Source: an uncultured delta proteobacterium (GTDB lineage: Bacteria; Desulfobacterota; Binatia; UBA9968). Taken from it: a stretch of 61,675 bases of DNA. Numbering within the stretch: position 1 is the first letter of the stretch; each line of letters starts with the position of its first letter. Below the pieces are notes generated by a model. The model did not search any database, was not told the origin of the DNA, and saw only the letters and a program-made list of their open reading frames with translations. Where the stretch lies: NCBI GenBank assembly GCA_963804165.1, contig CAWDPO010000027.1, positions 1-61,675 of the forward strand, in the 5' to 3' direction. Shown piece by piece: positions 1 to 11,479 of the stretch. The translations under genes and the position numbers were made by a program.

Positions 1-59
1 ACTTCGATGCAAGGAATGTTGTTGGAGTTCTCCTAAGAACGGGCGTTGTTGTAAACTGA
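1..59 (+). CDS. 3' end of an upstream GT-B-like paralogue (cut by window edge)
   Basis: Reading from base 3 gives FDARNVVGVLLRTGVVVN*, like the family C-termini YFAAENVLRSLIERVGL* and YFDSDKVLNRLLEIAM seen downstream. Confidence 0.5.
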   Translation, partial: FDARNVVGVLLRTGVVVN

Positions 60-62
60 GTT

Positions 63-134
63 ATGGATTCGTCCCTGGACGTAATTGTGACTGGATTGAT
101 AGCGCACCACACGGTCTCACGGGCAGATCTATAG
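63..134 (+). pseudogene. N-terminal stub of a GT-B-like paralogue
   Basis: MDSSLDVIVTGLIAHHTVSRADL* aligns with the start of the 1572 paralogue (MTASSLRVIVTGFIGHQ), then stops. Confidence 0.5.
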
Positions 135-141
135 GTCGGCA

Positions 142-1366
142 ATGAGCAGAAATTTGCGACTCGTTATTATGGGCATACTAGGACGAACGCCGTTAGCAGG
201 AGTGTCGTGGCAGGTCTTGCATTTTCTTGGAAGGCTTCCTATCTGCTGGGCTACGACGTTTACTGGATCGAGGATACTGGAGGCTGGGCGTATAATCCCC
301 TGCAGAAGACACACGGCAATGGGTCCGAAAATACCCATGCTAGCAACTGCCAATACGCCGTCAATTATGTGGCCCAACTCATGTCTTCGTTCGGCCTGCA
401 GGACCTCGTTGGGCTTACCTGTCCCGGGTAGACGACCAGTTCTTTGGGCTCTCCCAGATGCAGGTGTCGCGCTTGTTCGAAAGCGCCGATGCGTTAGTTA
501 ACTTAAATGGCTCGACGCAGCTCTTCGAAAGCACGCTCGCGTCCCGGTACGTATTTACCTTGAAACTGATCCCGTCACGCGCCAGATTGAGTTGGTTTAA
601 GGTGATCGCAAGGCAATCGACCTACTCGAAGCTCACACGCATTATTTCACCTATGGCGAAAACTTCGGGCGCCGGATTGAAGTGTCCCCTTAACCCGGTT
701 CAATTATCAGCCAACGCGCAAGCCCATTGTTATATATTGGTGGATACATGACGCACGGTTAGGATCGGAGCTAAACGATCAGCCCAACGTTCAGGGCTGC
801 TTCACGACGATAGCGAAGTGGCGACAACCGGGCAAAGATATCGAGTGGAACGGAGAGACTTATAGCTGGAGCAAGCATGCCGAGTTTCTAAAATTCATCG
901 ATCTGCCACGTCGTAGCGGACAGGAGTTCGAGCTCGCCTTGGCATGGGAAGACGAGAAAGACGAAGAGGCGATTCCTCAATTGACATCGCATGGGTGGAG
1001 AGTCGTCGACGCAATTTCGCTGTCGTTAAACATCGCCCCTTATCGCAAATATATTCTCGGCTCACGGGGCGAATTTACCGTCGCTAAGGATCAAAACATT
1101 CGCCTTCGAAGCGGCTGGTTTAGTGACCGAAGCGCTTGCTACTTAGCCGCGGGAAAACCCGTCGTCACTCAGGACACCGCCTTCGGTAACATTCTGCCAA
1201 CCGGCCGCGGCCTTTTTGCTTTTCGGAACATGGAGGACATCTGGCGGCGATCGACACGATTCAGAGCGATTATGCACAGCACTGCCGGGCTGCACGTGAG
1301 ATTGCGGAGGAGTATTTCGCCGCAGAGAACGTGCTGCGCAGTCTAATTGAGCGAGTCGGCCTATGA
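142..1366 (+). CDS. Uncharacterised GT-B-like glycosyltransferase, several frameshifts
   Basis: Fragments join across frames: PLAGVSWQVLHFL / LGYDVYWIEDTG / ADALVNLNG / SRGEFTVAKDQNIRLRSGWFSDRSACYLAAGKPVVTQDTAF / AREIAEEYF; TGA at 1364-1366. Confidence 0.75.
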
Positions 1367-1571
1367 GAAAGCGAATTGGTGTATCGCCGGATTTTTAACG
1401 TTAGGGCGCGGGTATGAAGAGAGTAAGTAATCATCGTTTTACATTTCGACTTGCGATTAAATTGGGCTGCCAAGTCGTCAGCTGATCTTGTTGGACCAAA
1501 AAGTGAGGTGATTGATGATTCTATATCGGCAAGTTTCGCCAAGCACTGAATCTGCTGCCTGCTTTTGAAAA

Positions 1572-2788
1572 ATGACGGCTTCTTCTCTGCGTGTGATTGT
1601 CACAGGTTTCATCGGTCACCAGCGTTTGCTGGGGGGGGTCGCCTGGGACTACTTGAATGTAGTCCTGGGTATGAAGCGGCTTGGACACGACGTCTATTAC
1701 ATAGAGGATTCAGGATGCTGGCCCTACAACGACGTTGATGGCCCGTCAGGGGGCGACTGGACAGATTGGAACCCGCAACCGACTGTCGAGCATCTCAGCA
1801 AGCTCATGTCAGCTTTCGACCTTGATCATAAATGGGCCTATCAGTTTCCGCCCAAGTCTGAATGGTTTGGGCTTTCGAGTATGGATCGAAAAGAAGTCAT
1901 TAAATCGGCCGACCTGCTTATCAATGTATCCGGAACTCTCGAAAAGCCGTGGGATTATCGAACAGTAAAGAGATTAATTTATATCGATACGGATCCGTAT
2001 TTTGTCAAATAGGCGCGGAAGCCGGCACCGATTCAACGATAATGAGACAACGTTTAGATGCGCACGACGTATTTTTTACACTTGGTGAATGCTTGAGTTC
2101 TAACGACGACATTCCAAACCTAGACTACAAGTGGAATACCACAAAATATCCTATTGTTCTCGACCAGTGGCGTGATGACTCAGTGACCGGAAATGGATTT
2201 ACAACGATCATGAATTGGACAAGCTATGATTCGCTTGCTTACCACAACAAGCGCTATGGTCAAAAAGATGCTGAATTCATGAAGTTCATGGAACTGCCGC
2301 AGAGAGTCTTCCCCACCCCGCTTGAAGTCGCCCTATATAAACCCAGAGTGAAGAGTTCACGCGATTTTGCCGTTTCAACGCCACTTGATCTTTTAGAATC
2401 ATCAGGGTGGAAGATTGTTGATGCTTCGGAAGTTTGTCCCGACTTCTACACTTATCGTCAATATATTCACCAGTCGAAAGCGGAATGGAGTGTGGCCAAA
2501 GGCGGCTATGTCGTAGGGAGATCGGGTTGGTTCAGCTGTCGATCAGCCTGCTATCTCGCTGCCGGTCGTCCCGTGGTTGTGCAAGATACCGGCTTCAGCA
2601 AAGTGTTACCGGTCGGCGAAGGCGTAATCGGTTTCGACACATTGGATGAAGCTGAAGCCGGCATTCGCGAAGTCGAAGCAAACTATCAACGGCACGCGAA
2701 AGCCGCGCAAGATATCGCCGAAGCGTATTTCGACTCGGATAAGGTGTTAAACCGCCTGCTGGAGATAGCTATGGATCACAAGGGATAG
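1572..2788 (+). CDS. Uncharacterised GT-B-like glycosyltransferase, frameshift near 2005
   Basis: GGVAWDYL..GMKRLGHDVYYIEDSG, YIDTDP, then SKAEWSVAKGGYVVGRSGWFSCRSACYLAAGRPVVVQDTGF; paralogue of 142-1366. Confidence 0.8.
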
Positions 2789-2852
2789 GTGATAAAGGCG
2801 GCGTTCTTTGCTGCCGGACTGGTGCAAAGTACGCGAAATATTCGGAGGCTTT

Positions 2853-3717
2853 ATGCTCGTACCGGATCGCATGGCCAAATTGTGGCAAAGCGTAGAAGCA
2901 GGACAAATGAGTCCTGAAGATTGCGTAAGCGAACAAGAAGTGTTGTTGGAGCCTTACCGCGCCGAATGGACAAAGGCGCAATTGTGTAACGGGGAGACGG
3001 ATCTCCGAGCCAGCTTGCTAAAAGAAGTAGCCGCCTATTATCACGTTTCGGACTCCGCCGATATCGATCGCGCGTGCGATTCGGCGGTGGACACATTGAA
3101 GTCTGAGTGGGATAAATCGGTCGACTCTCGGCCAGCGCTCTAGCGTCGAGAGTTTCTACGAAACCAAGACGCACATCTACGATCTGATGAATTGGCATAC
3201 GCTAAGAGACGACAGCGGACCCTTGGCGTACGTCGTGGCCCTGCAGATCGCGCGCGCCCACAGCGTGCGCAACTGCCTGGACTTTGGTTCCGGTGTGGGA
3301 TCCGGAGGGCTGTTATTCCGCCTCGCGGATATCGATACGACACTGGCGGACATTTCCACTACGCTTCTTGATTTCGCACGGTGGCGCTTTGACCGACGGC
3401 GGCTCCCCGCGCGCTTTGTGAATTTGAAAGATACGCCCTTGCCAGAGTCTAGCTTCGACATGATTCTGGCTATGGACGTGTTCGAGCATCTGGTCGACCC
3501 AGTAGAAGTCGTCCAGCAACTTTGGCGCGCTATGAAACCGGGGGGACTTTTGTTTGCACGAATTCACGCAGCGATAGATCCGAGTCATCCGCAACACATT
3601 GTGGAAGACTTCGGCCCTACCTTTGCCAGGATGGAAGAGCTGGGTTTGATCGAACGATGGCGTGATCGGGCGTTGTGGGGGCATTTACTGTTCCAAAAGT
3701 GCGGTTCACCGAATTAA
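2853..3717 (+). CDS. Class I SAM-dependent methyltransferase, frameshift near 3130
   Basis: GGAGG RBS before ATG 2853; motif I CLDFGSGVG; FDMILAMDVFEHL; ORFs 2808-3143 and 3187-3717 join. Confidence 0.8.
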
Positions 3718-3856
3718 AGAAACACGCGCAGAGTTTTCCGATCAAACGAGTCGAAGGCCCGCTGGTAACCTTCACGGTAATTCTAAACGCCACAATGAGT
3801 TGGCCCGCATGCTTGCCACGGCTCGGGTGCTCGGAACTTCACAGGAGAGAAACAAA

Positions 3857-4543
3857 ATGTCTCGACAAAGTCTGAAAGTGAAAGAAAACTGGCGCCATTG
3901 GACACCCGAGCTCGCCAAGATTTTCTTGCGGTCGGGTCCGGAAGGAAAGAGTCATCCGTCCCGGGTTCGAGTCCTTAGTTTACTCGAAGGTCTATCATCC
4001 GTTCTCGACGTTGGCTGTGGTAATGGGGTCATGTTCGAAATGATCCGCGAGAGAAGGCTTGATCTGGACTATCTCGGAGTTGATATAACCGAAAACCTTT
4101 TGCAGGTAGCACGCCAGTTGTTTCCCGCTGACGCTCATCGCTTCCGGCGAATGTCGTTGTATGATTTAAAGAAATTGCGGCGCAAGTTTGACGCGGTCGT
4201 GTGCCGTCACGTGCTTGAGCATTTACCGGATTACGTCCCCGCAGTTCAGAACCTGTATTCCTGCTCTAGTAAAAAACTGATTCTTGTATTTTTTCTACCT
4301 CCTCAGCCTCTCTCGTCTGGCCGCAAGCGAGACGGGAAGTTTGAGCGTGATTTCTATAATCATACCTACGACCTGGGAAAATTCATTAATCATCTTTCAA
4401 CCGAGCTTTCGCCCGTGCCTAGCGAGATCCGAATCCATCTTCAACAGGGAAAGAGTCCCAGAATGCCTTGGGCGGATCGCCAGAACGTCATTTACGAAGT
4501 GATTCGGCCGACCAAGAAAGCGACTCTGAAAACGTTGAAATGA
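3857..4543 (+). CDS. Class I SAM-dependent methyltransferase
   Basis: VLDVGCGNG, YLGVD, FDAVVCRHVLEHL; AGGAGA RBS before ATG 3857. Confidence 0.85.
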   Translation: MSRQSLKVKENWRHWTPELAKIFLRSGPEGKSHPSRVRVLSLLEGLSSVLDVGCGNGVMFEMIRERRLDLDYLGVDITENLLQVARQLFPADAHRFRRMSLYDLKKLRRKFDAVVCRHVLEHLPDYVPAVQNLYSCSSKKLILVFFLPPQPLSSGRKRDGKFERDFYNHTYDLGKFINHLSTELSPVPSEIRIHLQQGKSPRMPWADRQNVIYEVIRPTKKATLKTLK

Positions 4544-4617
4544 AGGGACTCAGGAGCCGCTAAGAAACGAAATTACGTTGGCCGCTAGATACTGCGGCCT
4601 ATAGCTAGCTAGTCTCT

Positions 4618-5805
4618 ATGACTAATACCTCTAAGTGCTTGATGACTGAGACCAAGACTCAAAATGACCGAGCCGATTATATGCCCCAGCTTGATGGCCT
4701 GCGGGCGTTCGCCGTTGGCGCTGTGCTGTTTCATCACTTTTTTCAGCCAGCAAGGATTGGCGGCGTGGACCTTGCCCTTCTGGGCGTTTGGCTTTTCTTC
4801 GTTCTGAGCGGCTTCTTGATAACGGGAATCTTGTTACGATCACGGGATCAAGTTGACTATAGTGGCTCTCCGAGTGGTTTCGTCCTCCGACAATTTTATA
4901 TCCGCCGGTTCCTACGCATTTTTCCTTTGTACTATTCGGTCCTCTTTATGGCGGCAACGATTGATCTGGGCGACGTGCGTGACACGATGTTCTGGCATTT
5001 AACGTACATGTCAAATTATCTTTTTGCGACGCACCAGTATTGGGGGCCAATGACCGCGCACTTTTGGTCATTATCAGTCGAGGAGCAATTTTATATTTTA
5101 TGGCCCGCGCTGATTTTGTTTGCTCCACGTCGACTTCTGCTGAAACTGATTATTTCCGCGATCGCTATCGGCCCAATCTTCCGAGTGGCTGCCCATTTTT
5201 TTGACTTTAACTGGATTGCACGGCTGACGGTTTTACCGGCATCTCTCGATGCTCTCGGGCTTGGCGCCCTTTTAGCCTGCTGTTCACATCATGCGGCCGA
5301 GAAACCGATACTGATCAAACGCCTTAAGCAATGCATCTATTGGCTAGGCGTCCCGGGCTTAATCGTGCTTCTTGGCCTGCAAAAACTAGAAAACTATAAC
5401 CTAGTCAGTGATGTGACGGTAAATTCGTGGTTCATTGAACCCGTGCTTTGGGCACTGATGTTTGTTTGGGTGATCAATCGTGCCTCATTGGGATTTACCG
5501 GGGTCGGAGCCAAAATTCTCGAGTTCAAGCCGCTGACGTACACAGGTAAGATAAGTTACGGAATTTATGTCTACCACCCATTCGTATATGCGCTTCTCCC
5601 TATTCTGTTCTACACGACAGGCGTCGATTTTTACCTTCTGCCGCCACTGCTGCAGTTCGGCCTGCTTGTTGGAACTACAGTGGGAATGGCCGCGCTTTCA
5701 TGGTACTTCCTTGAAAGCCCAATCAACTCCCTCAAGAATCGGCTTACTTGCGGCGGGCTATATGTCCCACACGGGGAGCAACGGACCCAGACTGTATACC
5801 TGTAG
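4618..5805 (+). CDS. OafA/YrhL-type O-acyltransferase (Acyl_transf_3)
   Basis: LDGLRAFAV, FFVLSGFLI, FYIRRFLRIFP, HFWSLSVEEQFY, GKISYGIYVYH; multiple TM segments. Confidence 0.92.
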   Translation: MTNTSKCLMTETKTQNDRADYMPQLDGLRAFAVGAVLFHHFFQPARIGGVDLALLGVWLFFVLSGFLITGILLRSRDQVDYSGSPSGFVLRQFYIRRFLRIFPLYYSVLFMAATIDLGDVRDTMFWHLTYMSNYLFATHQYWGPMTAHFWSLSVEEQFYILWPALILFAPRRLLLKLIISAIAIGPIFRVAAHFFDFNWIARLTVLPASLDALGLGALLACCSHHAAEKPILIKRLKQCIYWLGVPGLIVLLGLQKLENYNLVSDVTVNSWFIEPVLWALMFVWVINRASLGFTGVGAKILEFKPLTYTGKISYGIYVYHPFVYALLPILFYTTGVDFYLLPPLLQFGLLVGTTVGMAALSWYFLESPINSLKNRLTCGGLYVPHGEQRTQTVYL

Positions 5806-5846
5806 GTCGCAAACATTGCAGTAGCGAGCCCAATCACCAGGTCTCA

Positions 5847-7518
5847 ATGGAACGTACTGACCCCAGCAAGCGTCAAGAAGTATTCGATTCTGCTTACGGC
5901 CAACGCGCTATTCAATCTTGGCGCAGTTTATTAGTTTCCGCATTGGAGGCATCGGCCCCTGGTGCAATCCTACTTCTCGTCTACTTCTCCGTCGCCATCC
6001 CGCTTCACCTGTTTGCTAATGTGCCCCTCCATGACGACTGGACTTACGCCTGGAGTGTTGAACACTTTCTAAAAACCGGCAAATTGGCAGTCCTCGATTG
6101 GTCGATTCACTATCCTTTTGCCCAAATTCTCTGGGGCGCTTTGTTTTGTTTACCTTTCGGGTTCTCATTTTCGGCGCTGAGAGTCTCCACCGTAATGCTC
6201 GCTTGGCTTGGGGCCTTAGCACTCTACGGCACGCTACGGGAGCTGGGACGAGCGCGCACCGACAGTCTTATCGCAACTCTTGTCCTTATTGCCAATCCCG
6301 TATTCTTTCTTCTTAGCTTCTCCTTCATGACGGATGTTCCGTTCGTAAGCGTTTCCAACATCGCCTTCTTTTTCATCGTGCGCGCATTCTCGAAAAGGAA
6401 GCCATTGGACCTATGGTTAGGTTGTGCCTTGGGAGTAGTTGGCTTTTTCATACGACAGATTGCCATTGCTATACCCGGGGCCGTGCTCGCTTTACGCGAT
6501 CTTCGCGCCATCTTTTAGGACCCGAAAATATCTCCTGCCTCCGATCATTGCTTCACTGTTTATCTGTCTCATCGCCCCTTTTGATTGCTCAAACCTCTGG
6601 CTTGACCAGTCAGTATACCAGCAGGGAGTGGGTATTTGATAAATGGGTCCATCAATATGAACTAGGCATCCCCGGTTTACTGCGCGTCATTATGCACGCC
6701 GGTCTTGCGCTCTTCCCTATGAGCCGCCTCTTGTTGTCTTATTTTATCGACGACTGCGGTTTTGGATCGTGATCGCTGTATTGCTACTTTTGACGGCCTG
6801 CTCGGTTTTGTTGACGCCTGAAATCCCGAAACCGTTAGACGGGATGTGGAATCTGATTGCGCTTGGCAAAGAGCGACGCCTTTTACGCGGGCTTCCGGAT
6901 CCTGATTTCCTAGCTTCCTGGTTAAACTATCCCTTGTTGGCGTTTTCTCTCTTTTCCTCAGCAGGAATGATTATGAAATTGATTGACGTAGCCGCTATCG
7001 ACAAAACATTGCGCCTCTTTGTTTGGTACGCGTTCAGTCAATTTGTACTGATCATGGCTGTTTGGCTCTTTGATGCTTGGGGCTCTGATCGATACTTCAT
7101 AGTGTTATTGCCGCCGCTCATCGTGATACTCGCTAGTAGCCAACTTAAGTCAAAGACAACGATTGCTGGTATCGTGCTTCTCTTTCTCATTTCCATGCTC
7201 GTGACCTGGAGTGAAACTCAAAACAATCGCGCGGCAGCTGCGGGGCTAAGCTGGCTTCGCCATAGAGGCATTAATTTTTCAGAAATCGACGCAGGATACG
7301 CCCTCAATGGCTGGTATCTGTATGCTCACCCGGAAAATCTAGCACCGGGAAACATACCCGAAAGAGATGTTCCTTTCCTCACAACCAATGAGAAGAAACC
7401 TTACGTGATCGCGACTTCATCTATTGCAGGTTATAGGGTACTTCGCAGGTATACTTGGTCGATTCCCTTAAGATCTCTAGATTACAACATATATGTGTTA
7501 GAGCAGGTGCCTGATTGA
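5847..7518 (+). CDS. ArnT/PMT-like (GT-C) membrane glycosyltransferase, frameshifted ~6490-6770
   Basis: PLHDDWTY acidic loop after TM1, FSFSALR, SFMTDVPF, FIRQ, DRY; fragments 5748-6518, 6413-6772 and 6769-7518. Confidence 0.75.
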
Positions 7519-7584
7519 TTTACCGAGGCACCATATCACGCCATCACGAACCCTGCTTCCGGTGCTCTGCGTCTAAGCGCCTTG

Positions 7585-9261
7585 ATGTCCACAACTAAAG
7601 TTGTACCGCTCGCAGCGATTTTTCTTTTACTCCTTTTTGTCGCCCAGGGTATTTTTTTTATTCGTGCCAACTCTCAAACCATTGATGAGGCCATGCATCT
7701 CGCAGCAGGCTATTCTTATCTTGCAAAAAGAGACTTTCGTATTGAGCCGCAAAATCCTCCACTCATCAAAGCACTTCTAGCCCTGCCGCTCTTCCTCGCC
7801 TATCGGCTGCCTTTCAATCCGGATCCTCAACAATGGCGCGACGCAGATGGTTTTTCCATCGGGCAGGACCTGCTCTACAAATCGACAATACCGGCCGATC
7901 AGATGCTAGCTTGGAGTCGCCTCCCTAATCTGTTGTTTGGGGTGTTACTTGTGGCACTCACCGGATGGTGGGCCTACCGGCTTTGGGGCAATCGCGCAGC
8001 CCTGCTAGCCATGGCGCTTGCGGCGCTCGAACCAAATCTCGTTGCCCATTCCTCTCTCGTGACCACCGGTATCGGAGTCACTTTGTTCATATTTCTTACC
8101 GTCTATCTTTTCTGGGAATATGTGAATCGACCCACATGGACGTTTTTGGTCGGCACCGGCATTTCGACAGGTATGGCCCTGGTTGCCAAATATTCAGCCG
8201 TTCTGCTCATCCCGATAATTGCTCTCATCGTGGCTGCTTCTCTTTTGAGGGGCAGCAAGCCTGATGTTCCATTGCCCAAAACGTGGAACGCAGACAAACC
8301 ACGACACAAACTTCTCCAAGCGGCGGCGGTTCTTTCGCTTATACTTTTTGTTGCATTGCTGGCGATCCAGCCAGCCTACTTGTTTCAAGGATTCAAGCCC
8401 TGGTTATCCGGCTTTCATCAATTTCTGACTTTGTCACAGGAAGGCTTACCGGCCTTTTTCTTTGGCGAATATTCTTGGCACAACTGGTGGAGTTATTTCC
8501 CGCTCGCTTTTCTCATCAAGACACCCGTGGGCACCCTGGTGATTGTCACTATCTCGCTTGTTTTCTATCGCAGCGGGAGTCCTCTCGCATACCGCCAAGC
8601 ATTATTTCTTGTGCTACCGGTTACCCTAATCTTTCTTGCCATGACGCAGGCGAAGACGAATATCGGCCTGCGTCATATTCTTCCCGTTTATCCGTTTCTC
8701 TTCGTCCTGGCCTCGCGTACGGCGACCCTTCACCTTCGCCGCCCTTCGCTCGCGCTGTTACTGATTGGGATCCCGCTCGCCTGCACTGCTATATCGTCGC
8801 TGCGCATCGCGCCGCACCAGCTTGCGTATTTCAACGAATCGATCGGCGGCCCGGAGCAGGGTTACCGTTATTTAAGCGATTCCAATCTGGATTGGGGCCA
8901 AGATCTAAAAGGACTGAAGGCGTACATCGAAAGGGAAAAGCTGCCGATTATCTATTTGTCCTATTTCGGAACGGCACCGCCGGCGTATTACGGCATTCGC
9001 TACCAAGAGGTCGCTAGTAAAGGCACCCTAGGACCGCCCCCGCCTGAGAAGGTTCCGGCCGATGCACCGCGCAAGATCCTTGCGATCAGCGCTTACAATT
9101 TGCAAGACGTGTCGAACGCCGATGACCCGCTGTTTCGCTGGCTCTGGACGCGACGACCGATAGCAAAGATCGGCTACTCGATTTTTGTCTACGATCTGAC
9201 CAATGATCAAGAAGGTTTAATTAAACTGGAGGAAATTTACGTTAAACCAAGATCACCCTAA
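7585..9261 (+). CDS. ArnT/PMT-like (GT-C) membrane glycosyltransferase
   Basis: TIDEAMHLAAGY, NPPLIK, PNLVAHSSLVTT, AKYSA, IGLRHILP, DSNLDWGQDL. Confidence 0.88.
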   Translation: MSTTKVVPLAAIFLLLLFVAQGIFFIRANSQTIDEAMHLAAGYSYLAKRDFRIEPQNPPLIKALLALPLFLAYRLPFNPDPQQWRDADGFSIGQDLLYKSTIPADQMLAWSRLPNLLFGVLLVALTGWWAYRLWGNRAALLAMALAALEPNLVAHSSLVTTGIGVTLFIFLTVYLFWEYVNRPTWTFLVGTGISTGMALVAKYSAVLLIPIIALIVAASLLRGSKPDVPLPKTWNADKPRHKLLQAAAVLSLILFVALLAIQPAYLFQGFKPWLSGFHQFLTLSQEGLPAFFFGEYSWHNWWSYFPLAFLIKTPVGTLVIVTISLVFYRSGSPLAYRQALFLVLPVTLIFLAMTQAKTNIGLRHILPVYPFLFVLASRTATLHLRRPSLALLLIGIPLACTAISSLRIAPHQLAYFNESIGGPEQGYRYLSDSNLDWGQDLKGLKAYIEREKLPIIYLSYFGTAPPAYYGIRYQEVASKGTLGPPPPEKVPADAPRKILAISAYNLQDVSNADDPLFRWLWTRRPIAKIGYSIFVYDLTNDQEGLIKLEEIYVKPRSP

Positions 9262-9363
9262 CGCCTGCAGCATTTGACCTTCTTCTTGGCGACAACCGAA
9301 ACTGCTCGGCTGATAAGTCGCAAACAGCCCCTTGACGTTGGGTCGGCGGTGTGGCGGGAGAGA

Positions 9364-10113
9364 TTAACGCACCGCCTCAAAGGCCATCGATTCCCAACTG
9401 TTGATCAGCCAAAGATCCGAGCCTTCGTTGCGTGTACGAATTTCAACCTGGCGGAAAACGGGATCGGTCTTCTCGTCAACACGGTATTCGGTGATCTGCC
9501 TGAATCCCGCCAGTTCGAAACTCTTGCGTAGCGTTGCTGGGTCGTAGAGGAACTGAGTCCCCCAATCACGGACTTGGCGGTTAAAGATATATGCACCGGT
9601 CACGGGACTCTCAGGCCAGCCATGGAATCGCATCTTCGCCTCCATGAACCGCTTTGCGTCGGCATCCGAGTTTTCTCTTAATAATTGAACGAATTTTGCC
9701 AGATTTGGGGATACGATGCGCAATTTCCCACCTGGTGCAAGTACGCGATAGCACTCCTTTAGCATTGCTAGACCGCCTTCCCAAGGGACAGCCTGGATCA
9801 TATGCTCGCTAAAAATGTACTGGAAGGATCCATCTGGGAATGGAAATGGTTTGGTAGCATCGACGTACACCTCCTCACCGGTGGGGAAAATATCGGTATT
9901 CAACCATTCCGTCGGATCGTTACCGCCAGCTCCCAGATGCAGCTTGCGAATCGAGTGTGATTCGAGATAATCGCGAATGACTCCCGGATCCTTGATCTCG
10001 CGCCGATAAAAGTTGTTCGCTATGTTTCGGACATTGGTTATGGCCAGTGAGGCAATGCATGCGATCATGGCCAATAAAAACCACCAGAACCAGTTTGCTT
10101 TTGTGAATTTCAT
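9364..10113 (-). CDS. Membrane-anchored SAM-dependent methyltransferase
   Basis: N-terminal TM helix; KLHLGAGG, WLNTD, FPFPDGSFQYIFSEH, ECYRVLAPGGKLRI. Confidence 0.82.
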   Translation of the reverse strand: MKFTKANWFWWFLLAMIACIASLAITNVRNIANNFYRREIKDPGVIRDYLESHSIRKLHLGAGGNDPTEWLNTDIFPTGEEVYVDATKPFPFPDGSFQYIFSEHMIQAVPWEGGLAMLKECYRVLAPGGKLRIVSPNLAKFVQLLRENSDADAKRFMEAKMRFHGWPESPVTGAYIFNRQVRDWGTQFLYDPATLRKSFELAGFRQITEYRVDEKTDPVFRQVEIRTRNEGSDLWLINSWESMAFEAVR

Positions 10114-10203
10114 CGCTGCCGAAAGAAGAGAACATTTTCTGGATTGCGATACCGCGACCACTTTACGCTGTGCTTATGTCTAATTTAAATTCCGAGTAAT
10201 CGC

Positions 10204-11193
10204 TTATTTTAAACCCAAGCATTGCGTCTTCGCCGGCCCTGCGTTCGCGTTTTCTTGATCGATGAGAAAAAGTTCGTTGGCCCGGGCAAAGCTCATGAGA
10301 TAGCGTCCCATCACAAGCATCTGGGTGTTGTATTCCATTAGGCATCTTCGCTTGTTCGCTAATTCCTGATCCGATAGGGCCAATGAGATCCATTCTGATC
10401 CCTCCTCGGGAAAACCCTCGGGAGGATTTAGCCGGGCTCCCGTGCCTGCCCCACTGCCAACCGGCCACTGGCGAAAGTGAACTAAGAAATTGAGGATCTT
10501 GGGATCAAACGTGGGATAGTTCTTCCTATATGTCTTTAGGGACTTGCTAACAAAAAAGTAGGTTGAACAATGATCAGGGTGTTGATCTCTTGAATCAGCG
10601 ACCGTAATAAGCGACGGATGAAAATCCAGGAGCAATTTTTCTATTTCTCGCTTCACGTCCTCGCCGTTAAATTCTATATTCGGTAGCAACGTATCGTCGA
10701 CCTGAGGCCGATCGTCTAGCGTAAAAGGAGAGCGAAAATAGGGGCGCCTGTCAATCCAATGCTTCTGCAGGAGATTGCGTAGCCCACCATCCGGAAAGTT
10801 CAAAAAAACTACATCCTCCTTCTTCATTCCCAGAGTGCGAAGCGCCTGACGCGCTTCCTTTTTGCGCAGCTTTCCATAGTTGCGATAATCCTGTGCAGTG
10901 GGGCGAGCTATCCGGGTTTCCTTTTCCACCCCTTCGGGAAAACCGTCGCCGCTGGTCATGAACACAACCTTCACCGATCCCCCGAGGCTGAGCACCCGCT
11001 GAATAAGACCTGCGGCTGCCAGACTCTCATCGTCTGGATGCGGGGAAAAAACCATGAGTCGGGTGTTCTGAGATAGAAATGGCTCAAGACGCTGCGGTGC
11101 GTCTGCTCCGTGTGCGTAAGGAGTTGGCACCAGCGTACAGACAAAGAAGCATAGCAAATATCTTCGCCATTGACTCGACCACTGATTTCTCAT
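10204..11193 (-). CDS. PIG-L/LmbE-family N-deacetylase, exported
   Basis: Signal peptide; SPHPDDESL, MTSGD, FPDG, HPDH zinc-deacetylase motifs. Confidence 0.9.
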   Translation of the reverse strand: MRNQWSSQWRRYLLCFFVCTLVPTPYAHGADAPQRLEPFLSQNTRLMVFSPHPDDESLAAAGLIQRVLSLGGSVKVVFMTSGDGFPEGVEKETRIARPTAQDYRNYGKLRKKEARQALRTLGMKKEDVVFLNFPDGGLRNLLQKHWIDRRPYFRSPFTLDDRPQVDDTLLPNIEFNGEDVKREIEKLLLDFHPSLITVADSRDQHPDHCSTYFFVSKSLKTYRKNYPTFDPKILNFLVHFRQWPVGSGAGTGARLNPPEGFPEEGSEWISLALSDQELANKRRCLMEYNTQMLVMGRYLMSFARANELFLIDQENANAGPAKTQCLGLK

Positions 11194-11479
11194 TTGTTGA
11201 TTTCGCCTCTCGATTCAATAAGTCTTAAAATGTCGATCTCCTGAATAGTAGCTCCGTATATCATAATCGGCGAACCGACCAGAAATAGCGATGAATGGCC
11301 GTTCGAGCCTCATTACGAAAGATTTTGATGCGCTCTGAACAGGCGAGCGTCACGCTCATGCCGCTAGCGAGTTGATCACCGGGGCTCGCGACCCTACCAG
11401 AATTTGAAACGGAGGATTTAACAACCGGGCTTAATCGCCTGCGGCTGTATGCATAATCATAATAAAGTTGCGCGCAGAG

